A DNA stretch of 44,733 nt, taken from the NCBI GenBank assembly GCA_046259695.1, contig JBJYWX010000209.1:1-44733 (forward strand). The letters are read 5' to 3'. Below are positions 24,971 through 34,714 of the stretch, one piece after another. Position 1 is the first letter of the stretch, and each line of letters starts with the position of its first letter. Position numbers and translations under genes: made by a program. Source of the DNA: Candidatus Promineifilaceae bacterium. Lineage in GTDB: Bacteria > Chloroflexota > Anaerolineae > Promineifilales > Promineifilaceae. The notes beneath the pieces are model-generated. The model saw nothing but the letters and a program-made list of their open reading frames with translations. It searched no databases and was not told where the DNA came from.

Positions 24971-25990
24971 ATGAACGATAGCTCACAACTCAGTTCTAGG
25001 CGCATCTTAGGCGTCATGGTCGTCATCGCGGCCATTGTCGTCGTCTTCCTGCTCCTCGTCGATTTGGAAGAGGTGTTTGCCCAATTAGAAACGGCCGATC
25101 CCGCGCCGCTGCTACTCGGCTCGGCCGCCTTTCTGGCCGGGCTGGTGGCCTTTGCCGCCCGTTGGCGCATGCTGCTGAATGATGAACCGAGCCTGATCTT
25201 CACTTTCCACGCCGGTAACCTGGGCCAAGCTGGCAATATCCTTCTACCATTTCGCTTCGGCGAAGCGCTGCGCGTGCTGGTGATGGGTACCGATGATCAG
25301 GTATCCCTGGCGGAGTCAACGTCCAGTTTTGTCGTAGAGCGCCTATTCGAGCAGTCGATGCGCCTGCTGGCAGTAATGGGCGCGGTGCTGATAGGCGCCG
25401 GACTGGAGACATCACTAGAAGCAATCGCCGGCGGCATGCTGTTCGTCGTCGCCGGATTCACCGCGCTGTTCTGGTTGATTAATCATCCTGACTTCACGCT
25501 GCGTCAGGGCACGCGGCTGCTTGCCGCAGTTCCCCGCGTCAGCGAGACACGCGCCCGGCAGGCGACAACTGATTTCTTGAGCAATGTGAGTGGTATTGCA
25601 GAGCCGCGTCGCTTTGCCGGCGTGCTCGGCTGGTCATTCGCCTCATGGGGTCTTTTCTGGCTCTTCTTCTGGCTCACGCTGCGCGCTTTGCAAACAGGGC
25701 TCTCGCTGGACGACCAGCTGGCGATCTCGCTCGGGGCGTTGGCCCTCTCCCCCCCTTCGGCAGCTACGCAGCCGGGCCTTTTCCATGCTTCGGTCGTCGC
25801 CCCCCTGGGAGCGATCGGTTTCGATGTAGAAATGCTCACCGCCTACGCGGTGCTGCTGCACATCCTGGAAATGGTCTGGCTGATTATCCTCGCTGTGTGG
25901 GCTCTCTTCGCTACAAAAATAACGCTGGGTGAGCTGCGCGCGCTGTTTAGCAGCGACGAAACATCAGGCAACGCGCCGCCAACCGAATAG
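24971..25990 (+). CDS. Membrane protein, LPG-synthase-TM / UPF0104 (flippase-like) family
   Basis: AARWRMLL...GNLGQAGNILLPFRFGEALRV is the hallmark segment of PF03706-type proteins. About 8 TM helices. ATG 24971 is preferred over TTG 24968. Confidence 0.55.
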   Translation: MNDSSQLSSRRILGVMVVIAAIVVVFLLLVDLEEVFAQLETADPAPLLLGSAAFLAGLVAFAARWRMLLNDEPSLIFTFHAGNLGQAGNILLPFRFGEALRVLVMGTDDQVSLAESTSSFVVERLFEQSMRLLAVMGAVLIGAGLETSLEAIAGGMLFVVAGFTALFWLINHPDFTLRQGTRLLAAVPRVSETRARQATTDFLSNVSGIAEPRRFAGVLGWSFASWGLFWLFFWLTLRALQTGLSLDDQLAISLGALALSPPSAATQPGLFHASVVAPLGAIGFDVEMLTAYAVLLHILEMVWLIILAVWALFATKITLGELRALFSSDETSGNAPPTE

Positions 25991-26527
25991 GTGGCGCTTG
26001 ACCGGGTCGCCCATAGCGGCCGCCTTGTTGTCACGCCAGAATTCCCCCGCCGGCAGTCCTGGCGCCGCCACTTGAAAAGTGTAAATCGTATAGCGCGTGC
26101 GCAGGCCAGGGTAAGAAGGCGAATTAGATTCCGTCTCTTGCACGTCCGCATGCGCAGTCAGAAAATGCGCCTCCGCCGGACCAAGGTTCAGTTCCTCAAA
26201 CAAACAGCGGTGGGCCGCCGTCCTGGCGGACTCACCGGCAAGCAGCTTCTCGGAAGGCGGCATGAGGCGCCGGCGCGTCCGGCCATCGCCAAACTCCTGG
26301 GCGATCTCCAGAAGACGGTCTTCGCCCCTCGTCAAAATTATCTGAACAACGCGGACATGGCGCGCTGGCGGATCATCATCAAACGTGATTTCGCCCAGGT
26401 AATACTCATGCCAGAGGTCATTTAACGACTTGGCGCCCGCCAGGCCCCAAGCTGCCGCATTCACGCCTTGCCCTCGCAGCCATGCTGCCAATTCTTGTTG
26501 GTCGCGGAAACGCTTTTCACTCACCAC
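25964..26527 (-). CDS. Nudix-fold-like protein with degenerate Nudix box
   Basis: EKLLAGESARTAAHRCLFEELNL fits GX5EX7REUXEEXGU except for G->E, E->C and G->N. The flanking beta-strand pattern (VRVVQIILTR, LLEIAQEF) is compatible with the fold. The GTG start overlaps the aminotransferase stop by 1 nt (TAGTG). Confidence 0.4.
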   Translation of the reverse strand: MVSEKRFRDQQELAAWLRGQGVNAAAWGLAGAKSLNDLWHEYYLGEITFDDDPPARHVRVVQIILTRGEDRLLEIAQEFGDGRTRRRLMPPSEKLLAGESARTAAHRCLFEELNLGPAEAHFLTAHADVQETESNSPSYPGLRTRYTIYTFQVAAPGLPAGEFWRDNKAAAMGDPVKRHLFGWRRVA

Positions 26528-27645
26528 TATAGGTCGTCCTGCAGCAGGAACGACTCGTAATGGGCCAGGCCCTGTTCGAAGTCAGCGCGACCAAAACCCA
26601 TACGCACGTGCCCGTCGCCATAACCCAAGCAGCTGCTGGGTAGAAGAAGTACGCCCGCTTCCTGCGCCAACCGGTGGCAGTAGGCGGTAGCCGACGGATG
26701 ATTCAAGCCGACCAGGGCAATCGAGCCTGCCTGCGGGGGGCGCCACACAAACATATCGAGCCATCGTTCGAAAAATGGTTCAGCCACCGCGACGTTCTGT
26801 TCGATCAGGCGGCGATTGCGCGTGATGAGTTCAGCGCGCGCAGACAACGCCGCCTTAGCCAGGAACTCCGTCGGCGCCGCTGGGCAGATGCTGGTGTAAA
26901 ACTTCCAGTTGATGATCGCTTCTCGCAGCGCAGCGTCGCGCACAACCAACCAGCCGGCGCGCAGCCCCGGCAGACCATAGACTTTAGACAGCCCTGCCAG
27001 CACGACGGCTCGCTCGTACAGGTCAACCGCAGAGGGCAGGGTCGAACGGCCGCCCAGCTCCAGGCCGCGATACATCTCGTCACAGAACAGCCAGGCATTA
27101 TGGCGCGCGGCAACAGCCGCGATTTCCGACAACTGCTCTGCTGAGGGCAAAAATCCGGTTGGATTATGGGGAAAGTTGATTACGATCAGTTTCGTGTTAT
27201 CTGTGATCAGATCAGACAATTGATCTATGTCGAGCTGCCATGCCCCTTCAACTGCCCGTATTGGCCACTCGGAAACGTTGCCGCTTACGTGGCGGGCCAG
27301 GTTGAGCAGCGAATCATAAGCGGGCGTTAGCACAATAACGTGATCGCCCGGCTCGAGCAAGGCACGCATGGCCAGATAAATGCCCTCTTCCGGTGAGCCA
27401 AGAACAACCACCTCTCTGGGGGCGCGTCCGTTATACGTGGTGGCGATCGCCGCGCGCAGCTCAGGATCACCTTGTGACTCGGTGTAACCAAGTGGAAGGG
27501 CCGCCATGTCCTTTAAGCTCTGCCCAGCCAGGGCTACTAATTCACCTGCGCTCATCGTCTCACAGTCGGAAGCGCAGAGCAGGAATCGCGTGTTAAATTC
27601 ATAAAGGGCAAAATACTGTTCGATGGCAAACGGCTCGATATACAT
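26527..27645 (-). CDS. Class I/II PLP-dependent aminotransferase
   Basis: NFPHNPTG, FCDEMYRGL, and LSKVYGLPGLRAGW (PLP-Lys in SK, then the Arg). 372 aa. Confidence 0.8.
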   Translation of the reverse strand: MYIEPFAIEQYFALYEFNTRFLLCASDCETMSAGELVALAGQSLKDMAALPLGYTESQGDPELRAAIATTYNGRAPREVVVLGSPEEGIYLAMRALLEPGDHVIVLTPAYDSLLNLARHVSGNVSEWPIRAVEGAWQLDIDQLSDLITDNTKLIVINFPHNPTGFLPSAEQLSEIAAVAARHNAWLFCDEMYRGLELGGRSTLPSAVDLYERAVVLAGLSKVYGLPGLRAGWLVVRDAALREAIINWKFYTSICPAAPTEFLAKAALSARAELITRNRRLIEQNVAVAEPFFERWLDMFVWRPPQAGSIALVGLNHPSATAYCHRLAQEAGVLLLPSSCLGYGDGHVRMGFGRADFEQGLAHYESFLLQDDL

Positions 27646-27774
27646 AGCGACTCAGAAAACTGACTTACCTAGCGGTTGCGGAATGCCTACCTCCCGCAGC
27701 ATCGAGGAATCATAGCACGTTTTACTCTTTTTCCAGACTGCGTTAAGATCGCCACGGAGAGTGGATTTCAACAT

Positions 27775-28686
27775 ATGCACATGCTTGTTTCAGGCCTAAT
27801 CAACATCGAAACCACGCTGCGCGTCGATGGGTTCCCACTGGCCTACGAGCCAGTTCGCTACCCTTTCTTCGGGATCAACAGCACGGTCTCGGGCGTTGGT
27901 TATAACATTGCCAAGGCGCTCACCGTCCTTGGCGAGCCGGTGACTTTTCTCTCACTGATTGGACAAGATGCGGCCGGATGGTTGGTGCGCGACGCCTTGG
28001 CTGCCGATGGTATAAACGACGCTTATGTTCGCGCCGATATGCCGGCCACGGCACAGTCATTGATAATCTATGATCCAAACGGCCGCCGCCAGATTCATAC
28101 CGACTTGAAGGATATTCAAGAACGAGTCTTTCCCCAGGCGCTCTTTGACAAGGCGCTTTCTGGCGCTGCCCTGGCCGTACTCTGCAACGTCAATTATAAC
28201 CGGCCGTTCCTGGCACAGGCACGAGACGCCGGTGTCCCGATAGCTACCGATGTGCACACAATAGGCGATCTGAACGATCCCTACAACAGTGATTTTATGG
28301 CCGCGGCCGACATTCTGTTTCTCAGCGACGAAGCTCTGCCGGCCGACCCGCAGTACGTCATCCGCCAGCTACAGGCCCGCTACAATAACTCCATCATCGT
28401 GATTGGCTTGGGAGCGGAGGGCGCCCTGCTGGCCGTGCGCGGGGATTCGCGCCTCAGGCGCGTCAACGCGGTGCAAACTCGGCCGGTGGTAAACAGCATT
28501 GGGGCGGGTGATGCGCTTTTCTCCAGCTTCTTGCATGCCTATCGGCAGGATGGCGACCCATTTCTGGCCCTGCGCCAGGCGGTAGTTTTTGCATCATATA
28601 AGATTGGCGCGACGGGTGCGGCGGAAGGCTTCCTTAGTGCGGAAGAGCTGTCGCAGCTAGCGGAAACTGTTTACGCCCGAGACTAA
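27775..28686 (+). CDS. PfkB-family carbohydrate/nucleoside kinase
   Basis: ATG 27775 is preceded by GGAGAG; the 27676 extension is unsupported. C-terminal NSIGAGDALFSSF (the GAGD anion hole/catalytic Asp motif) and a ribokinase-like N-terminus. Confidence 0.7.
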   Translation: MHMLVSGLINIETTLRVDGFPLAYEPVRYPFFGINSTVSGVGYNIAKALTVLGEPVTFLSLIGQDAAGWLVRDALAADGINDAYVRADMPATAQSLIIYDPNGRRQIHTDLKDIQERVFPQALFDKALSGAALAVLCNVNYNRPFLAQARDAGVPIATDVHTIGDLNDPYNSDFMAAADILFLSDEALPADPQYVIRQLQARYNNSIIVIGLGAEGALLAVRGDSRLRRVNAVQTRPVVNSIGAGDALFSSFLHAYRQDGDPFLALRQAVVFASYKIGATGAAEGFLSAEELSQLAETVYARD

Positions 28687-29126
28687 TCAAGCCATAAGAG
28701 TTCAGTACGGCCATCGGCCGTGTAGCGTGCCTGGATCTGCTCAACACGTTCAAAGAATTCAAAACGTTTATCTCGGGCCCACCACAAGGCGCACGTCAGG
28801 TCGGGGCACTGTGAACCCAGGGCCAGGACCCGCATTTCGCCGGCAATAGTGGTCGATTTTTCAGCCAGGTAGAAGCGCCGGAAGTTCTCAGGAATGGGTG
28901 GAAGCTCAGCCGATTTGAACTCTACAAGCGGCCTGCAGCGGCTGAGCAGCAGCAGCAGACTGCCGGCAGAGAGAGCAGCCGCTTTCATGAACTCCCTGCG
29001 GGAGAGCCTTGCCTGGTCGTCCACTTCTGGGCCGTGTTCTTGCCCGTCTGCAGTCAGGTCTTGCTCTTCTGAAGGCAGAAGAGGCAGCCCTTCGTCCGTG
29101 GGCAGTTGTTCCGTATGCTCGTCCAT
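28683..29126 (-). CDS. Small exported protein of unknown function with twin-arginine signal
   Basis: SRREFMKAAALSAGSLLLLL matches the Tat consensus S/T-R-R-x-F-L-K plus an h-region. It is preceded by a 40-aa acidic N-extension. The mature part is about 85 aa with 3 Cys. Confidence 0.45.
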   Translation of the reverse strand: MDEHTEQLPTDEGLPLLPSEEQDLTADGQEHGPEVDDQARLSRREFMKAAALSAGSLLLLLSRCRPLVEFKSAELPPIPENFRRFYLAEKSTTIAGEMRVLALGSQCPDLTCALWWARDKRFEFFERVEQIQARYTADGRTELLWLD

Positions 29127-29302
29127 TTGAGTCGCGCTAGTATCCTCGCCGTGCTTGATTATCGCCCCCTCTCTTAATTATTACATTACGATCCCTTTCG
29201 CTTTTCCTACGACGAACCGTCGAACAATGCATCATCAGCGCGGCCGTATTGCAATTATCCCCAATGAAAGTATGCTTCCTGCATCAGTACGGACAGCAGC
29301 GC

Positions 29303-30061
29303 ATGAAAGATAGGACCGTTTCGCCGCCTGAAACAAAGATCCTTGGCGTGCCCGTTCATGGCGTGACTATGGACCAGACAGTGGCGTTGGTCAGGGACTT
29401 CTATATGGCACGGCCAGGCTGCAACCAGATCGCGACCGTAAATCCGGAGTTCGTCATGGCTGCGCAGCGGGATGAAGCGTTTATGACGGTGCTGCGGCAG
29501 GCTGACCTGTGCCTGCCGGATGGCATCGGTCTCGTCTATGCCGCGCGGCGATTGGCAAATCCTTTACCACAACGCGTTCCGGGCTCAGAACTCGTCTATA
29601 GATTGGCCGAAGAAGCAGCCGCACAAGGTTGGACGTTATTCTTGCTGGGAGCGGCCCCTGGCGTGGCGGAAGAAGCCGGCGCTGTTTTACAAGCGCGGTA
29701 TCCCGGCTTGATACTTGCCGGCGCTTATGCCGGTTCGCCGCAGATGGAAGAGAACGAGCAAATTCTCAGCCTGATCAACGCCAGCGAGGCCAGTATGCTC
29801 TTTGTAGCGTATGGCGCGCCGGGGCAGGACAAGTGGATCGCACGCAACAGGGACCGTTTCACGACCGTACGGCTGGCGATGGGTGTTGGCGGCTCGCTCG
29901 ATTTCATTACAGGCAGAGCGGAACGAGCGCCGCTCTGGGTGCAAAACCTCGGCCTGGAGTGGCTGCACCGTTTAATCAAAGAACCGTGGCGCTGGCGGCG
30001 AATGCTGGCCCTGCCCCAATTTGCAGCGCGAGTCCTGATCAGCCCGGCGGATAATTCTTAA
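29303..30061 (+). CDS. WecB/TagA/CpsF-family glycosyltransferase (GT26)
   Basis: ILGVPVHGVTMDQ, NPEFVMAAQRD, LCLPDGIGLVYAAR, FLLGAAPGVAEEA, APGQDKWI, GVGGSLDFITG..RAP.W and GLEWLHRL..EPWRW. ATG 29303 is preferred over the ORF-track TTG 29249. Confidence 0.8.
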   Translation: MKDRTVSPPETKILGVPVHGVTMDQTVALVRDFYMARPGCNQIATVNPEFVMAAQRDEAFMTVLRQADLCLPDGIGLVYAARRLANPLPQRVPGSELVYRLAEEAAAQGWTLFLLGAAPGVAEEAGAVLQARYPGLILAGAYAGSPQMEENEQILSLINASEASMLFVAYGAPGQDKWIARNRDRFTTVRLAMGVGGSLDFITGRAERAPLWVQNLGLEWLHRLIKEPWRWRRMLALPQFAARVLISPADNS

Positions 30062-30181
30062 GCCGTTTTCTGCGGGCAGGCGCCTATTTTATAATGGTAA
30101 ATTTGCCGCCGGCATAGCTGGCGGACGCGCAGTGTGTCGAAAATGGAGCGGACCGACGTTCGCTCCAGTGGAGAAAGAAGC

Positions 30182-31132
30182 ATGCGAATCTTGATTACAG
30201 GCTCAAGCGGCCAGATTGGCACCAACTTAGGGCTGCGCCTGTTGGAAAGCGGCCACGAACCGTTTGGCGTTGATGTGCGTCCCAATCCCTGGACGGATGC
30301 TATTCCGACGCTGCTGCAAGATTTGAGCGTGCCCTATGCTGATTTCGACGGCGGACTGGGATATGTGCCATACCCGCCTAATCTGGACGCCGTGGTCCAT
30401 TTCGCGGCCCATGCCAAGGTGCACGAGTTGGTGGAACAACCGCACCGCGCCCTGGAAAACATCTCCATGACTTTCAATGTCCTGGAGTACTGCCGTCACA
30501 ATGGTCTGCCAATCATTTTTAGCAGCTCGCGCGAGGTATATGGTGATATCCATCGTTACATTACGGAAGAATCTTATGCCGATTTCGCTTTCACCGAAAG
30601 CCCTTATTCGGCCAGCAAGATTTCTGGTGAGGCGCTGATCTATTCTTATGCCCAGTGCTACGGGCTACGCTACCTGGTTTTTCGCTTTAGCAATGTCTAC
30701 GGCCGCTATGATAACGACCTGGCGCGCATGGAGCGCGTCGTGCCGAAATTCATTGACAAGATCGGCAAGCGCGAGCAAATCACGATTTACGGTCGAGACA
30801 AGATCCTCGATTTTACCTACGTAGACGATTGTATAGCCGGCATTGCGAGCGGCATTGAGCTTTTGGTCAGCGATCGTCCAGCAAACCAGACGATTAATCT
30901 AGCTTACGGGCAGGGCAATTCGCTGGCGGCGATGGCGCGGTTGATCGGCGAAGCGCTGGACGTAGAGCCTGATATCGTGTTCGAGCCGCCGCGCGTGGGC
31001 GAGGTGACCCATTACGTGGCTAATGTGGGCAAGGCGCGCGCCCTGCTCGGGTACCAACCTCAGACGCCCTTGGAGGAAGGCATATTCCACGCGGTGGCCT
31101 GGGACAGGGCATGGCGCGCCGGCGCAGCCTGA
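30182..31132 (+). CDS. NAD-dependent sugar epimerase/dehydratase (extended SDR)
   Basis: MRILITGSSGQIGTNL (Rossmann GxxGxxG) and YSASKISGE (YxxxK). SD GGAGAAAGAAG precedes ATG 30182. Confidence 0.8.
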   Translation: MRILITGSSGQIGTNLGLRLLESGHEPFGVDVRPNPWTDAIPTLLQDLSVPYADFDGGLGYVPYPPNLDAVVHFAAHAKVHELVEQPHRALENISMTFNVLEYCRHNGLPIIFSSSREVYGDIHRYITEESYADFAFTESPYSASKISGEALIYSYAQCYGLRYLVFRFSNVYGRYDNDLARMERVVPKFIDKIGKREQITIYGRDKILDFTYVDDCIAGIASGIELLVSDRPANQTINLAYGQGNSLAAMARLIGEALDVEPDIVFEPPRVGEVTHYVANVGKARALLGYQPQTPLEEGIFHAVAWDRAWRAGAA

Positions 31133-31141
31133 TTTCTTGAG

Positions 31142-32266
31142 ATGATCACGATCGACATATCAGCCGCCGTGCATTCGCGCGCCGGGCTGGGCCGCTACAG
31201 TGAACATCTCGCCCGGGCCCTGGTCGCAGACCGGCCCGCGGACTATACCTTTTTCTACAATCAGGGTTCAGACGGCCGTTTCCCACCCTCCCTGCCGCCT
31301 GGCGTTCCCCGTCATACGATCCGTATGGGGTATAAACCGTGGCGCATGGCTGTCTTGCTGGCCCAGCAGAGTGGCCGCTCTTTCGGCCGACTGGTCCCTG
31401 AAACAACGCTCTTTCACAGCACCGAACATCTACTTTTTCCCCTGCCGGAACGGCCGGCGGTGCTCACCGTACACGACCTCATCTTCAAGCTCTTTCCCGA
31501 TTATCATAAGCGGCTTAATCTGTGGTACCTAAATCGCGCGATGCCCCTTTTTTGTGAGCGCGCCACGGCCATCATCGCCGTTTCTGAAGCCACCAAGCGC
31601 GATATTGTCACCTATTACGGCGTCGATCCGGACAAGATCCATGTCGTTTACGAAGCGGCCGCTGACCATTTCACGCCTCCGCCCGTCGAGCAGATCGAGC
31701 TGATACGCCGCAAATACGAGCTGCCTGCCCGCTATCTCGTACATCTCAGCACGATTGAACCGCGCAAGAACCTGGATCGCCTGCTGGACAGTCTCTTGCG
31801 CATCAGGCAGCAAATTCCCGATATGCACCTGGTGTTAGCCGGGGCTAAGGGCTGGTTGTACCATGATTTCTTTGCCCGGCTGGCTGCCGATAGCCTGGAT
31901 AAAGTCGTGCATACACTGGGCTGGGTTGATGATGCCGATCTGCCGCCAGTACTTGCCGGCGCGGAACTTGCCGTACAGCCCAGCCTTTACGAAGGGTTCG
32001 GCCTGCCCATCCTGGAACAGATGGCCAGCGGGCAGGTAGTCGCCGCGAGCAATGCCTCCAGCCACCCAGAAGTGGGCGGCGCAGCAGCGGCTTATTTTGA
32101 TCCAACCGACGTCGCCGATATGACGGCCGTCATCTTGCACCTGCTGCGCGACCGGCAAGAATACGCGCAGCGGCGCGAAGCAGGGATCAAACAGGCGGCC
32201 AGTTTTAGCTGGGCACGGGCCGCGAGAGAGACGAGAGCCGTCTATGACCGGCTGCTGGCCGGATAG
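31142..32266 (+). CDS. GT4 (GT-B fold, Glycos_transf_1) glycosyltransferase
   Basis: C-terminal EGFGLPILEQMASGQVVAASNASSHPEVGG (E-x7-E type motif). 9-nt gap from the upstream gene. Confidence 0.8.
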   Translation: MITIDISAAVHSRAGLGRYSEHLARALVADRPADYTFFYNQGSDGRFPPSLPPGVPRHTIRMGYKPWRMAVLLAQQSGRSFGRLVPETTLFHSTEHLLFPLPERPAVLTVHDLIFKLFPDYHKRLNLWYLNRAMPLFCERATAIIAVSEATKRDIVTYYGVDPDKIHVVYEAAADHFTPPPVEQIELIRRKYELPARYLVHLSTIEPRKNLDRLLDSLLRIRQQIPDMHLVLAGAKGWLYHDFFARLAADSLDKVVHTLGWVDDADLPPVLAGAELAVQPSLYEGFGLPILEQMASGQVVAASNASSHPEVGGAAAAYFDPTDVADMTAVILHLLRDRQEYAQRREAGIKQAASFSWARAARETRAVYDRLLAG

Positions 32267-32272
32267 CACGCG

Positions 32273-34669
32273 ATGCGCAGATTTCTTAAACCCGAACTGC
32301 TGCTCATCCTGCCGCCCCTGTTATACGTAGCAACGATGGCCCACGGACTGGTGTTGGGCGATCCAACTGAATACACCTTTGTAGCCAATGTGCTGGGCAT
32401 CGCCCATCCACCAGGCTATGCGTTTATCACCTTGCTGGGCAAGCTGATCCAGACCTTGGTGCCCTTCGGCGAAATACCGTGGCGTATGCATCTCCTATCT
32501 GTTCTGGCGGCGACAACGGCCGTGATCCTGGTCTATGGCACCGTGCGCGCCTACGCCGCCGGGCTGCCCGGCGCCCCGACCCAGACCGGCCCCCGAGACG
32601 CGGCCGTCGCTGGGATTTTTGCCGCCCTAAGCCTTGCCTTCGGCGCAGATTTCTGGCAGCATGCCATCCATACCAACCCGCACATCATTACGGCAACGTT
32701 TCTGGCTGCGAATCTCTTTTTTCTCACTCGCTGGTGGTCATTAGGCGGTCAAGGTAAACAGGCGGAGCGCTGGCTGCTGCTCTTCTCCTTCAGCGCCGGC
32801 CTGGGCGTCACACACCACCCCTTAACCGTTTTTTCCTTTCCTGCCTACGCGCTGTTCATCCTGGCCGCGCGGCCGGGTATATGGCGCGACGGGCGGCTGA
32901 TTGGCAAGATGTTGGCGCTGGCGCTGCTGGGACTCGCCGTCTGGCTGTATTTCCCGATTCGCAGCGCGATGGGACCGCCCTTCGGTCCAACAGGCATGAA
33001 TACGCTGGACGGCTTCCTGGCTCATGTACTGGGCCGCGGCATTACCGAGGCGCTGCCCTATTACGCACTTTACGAACAGGGTGACCGCGCTATTGTATTC
33101 TGGTCTATTCTGCGCTTGCAGTATACGCTGCCGGTCATCTTCCTCGCCGCTGCTGGGGCGCTGTGGCCGATTATTTCGTGGGCGGCGAAACGTTTCGGCC
33201 GGCTCACGAGCTTCCCCGCTGCCGGCCTGCCGCTGCTGCTTTTCCTGCTGGCCTTCCTCTGCAATTATGTCTTCGTGATTAGTCTCAAAGCGCAGGATAT
33301 TATGGCCTATATCCTCGGGCTGCTTCTGATCGTCGCCTTGCTGGCGGGCATCGGGCTCTACTATCTGCTGGAGGGCGTACAGCGCGCGCTGCGGCCTGGC
33401 AGAACGGCTTTGACTCTCTTCGCAGTTGCCCTTTTTCTCATTGGCCCCTTCGTTCAGATGGTACGTTACTTGCCGCGTATCTCGCTGCAGGACTATAACG
33501 AAGGAGACGCCTATGTGCAGGCGGTTTTCTCTGAGTTCGCTGGGCGCGGTGAAGAAGCGGTTCTGCTAAATGATTGGGAGCACATGACGCCACTCTGGTA
33601 CACACAGCTCGTGCAGGGTCGCTGGCCGGATGCGGCGGATGTACGGCCAGAGTATGTATCCACAGCACGGCCGTGGGTGGACTTTGTCTATGACTTTTTG
33701 CCCGGCGGACCCGTCTACCTGAGCAATTATCGCCGCGAGGTCGTTGATGCCGGTTTCAGACTGCGACCGTACGGACCCTTTTACCAGGTGGTCGAACCCG
33801 GAGATAGGCGGCTGCCCTCAGAATTTACTGAGCTGCCTGCAGAAGCTGGGGCAGCGGTGGAGCTTGTCGGTTACGAATTGCCGCAAGACGCGGTACAGGT
33901 GGGCGACTATGTACCTTTAGCGCTCGCCATGCGTACAGCGCATGGAACAGATGACTACGTGGTCCCGGTGGTACGGGTAGGAGATCTGAGCTTTCCCTTC
34001 ACCACCGACAGTCACCTGGTAAGCCCAGAATGGCAGCCGGGTGAAGTGATCGTGGAGCGCTTTGATCTCGCTCTGCCGCTTGATCTCGCAGCAGGAACAT
34101 ACCCCGTCCAGGCCGGCCTGAAAAATCTGAGCAGTGATACGGAGCCAACCTTGTTCTATCAACTGGGGAACCTGGAAGTCAGCGCTACGAATGCGCCCGC
34201 ACAGGCGCCGGCCTTATTGGCTAATTTCCGCCAACGTGTTGGTCTTGTCGCGGCGGCAGCGCGCCTCGGTTGGAAGCGCTACAACGCCCCCTGGATGTCG
34301 CCCATTCAGGTGCATCCGGGCGACATTATCCATCTGACCCTTGATTGGCGCAGCCTGGCCAAAGCTGAAGAGAGTTACACCGTCTTTGTGCACCTGATTG
34401 ATGAAGCAAACCGGCCGATCGTGGCCCTCGACTATACGCCGCTGGGTGGCGCCGCGCCCACCCATCTCTGGATACCCAAGTGGCTGCCCGGCCAACAGTA
34501 TGTCGATCCTTACCGGCTGCAAATCCCCCCTGATCTGGCGCCAGGCACTTATCTGATTGAGGTCGGCCTATATGAAATGGTCGGCAAACGGCGCTTGCAC
34601 CTGGCTGATGAGGCGGGTAATCTCATCGGGGATCGTTACATTCTCGGGCCGGTTGTGGTCTCACGATGA
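32273..34669 (+). CDS. DUF2723 / TMEM260-like GT-C membrane glycosyltransferase with duplicated C-terminal soluble domain
   Basis: N-terminal GDPTEYTFVANVLGIAHPPGYAFITLLGK is the DUF2723 signature as I recall it. About 11 TM helices follow. Then two copies of the L.L.W....Y.vFvHL.D...PG.Y...GlY module also found in the 1183..3315 protein. Confidence 0.7.
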   Translation: MRRFLKPELLLILPPLLYVATMAHGLVLGDPTEYTFVANVLGIAHPPGYAFITLLGKLIQTLVPFGEIPWRMHLLSVLAATTAVILVYGTVRAYAAGLPGAPTQTGPRDAAVAGIFAALSLAFGADFWQHAIHTNPHIITATFLAANLFFLTRWWSLGGQGKQAERWLLLFSFSAGLGVTHHPLTVFSFPAYALFILAARPGIWRDGRLIGKMLALALLGLAVWLYFPIRSAMGPPFGPTGMNTLDGFLAHVLGRGITEALPYYALYEQGDRAIVFWSILRLQYTLPVIFLAAAGALWPIISWAAKRFGRLTSFPAAGLPLLLFLLAFLCNYVFVISLKAQDIMAYILGLLLIVALLAGIGLYYLLEGVQRALRPGRTALTLFAVALFLIGPFVQMVRYLPRISLQDYNEGDAYVQAVFSEFAGRGEEAVLLNDWEHMTPLWYTQLVQGRWPDAADVRPEYVSTARPWVDFVYDFLPGGPVYLSNYRREVVDAGFRLRPYGPFYQVVEPGDRRLPSEFTELPAEAGAAVELVGYELPQDAVQVGDYVPLALAMRTAHGTDDYVVPVVRVGDLSFPFTTDSHLVSPEWQPGEVIVERFDLALPLDLAAGTYPVQAGLKNLSSDTEPTLFYQLGNLEVSATNAPAQAPALLANFRQRVGLVAAAARLGWKRYNAPWMSPIQVHPGDIIHLTLDWRSLAKAEESYTVFVHLIDEANRPIVALDYTPLGGAAPTHLWIPKWLPGQQYVDPYRLQIPPDLAPGTYLIEVGLYEMVGKRRLHLADEAGNLIGDRYILGPVVVSR

Positions 34670-34714
34670 GCAGACACGTCCTGGCAGGAACCTGAGGCGA
34701 TAGAAAAGCGTCTT

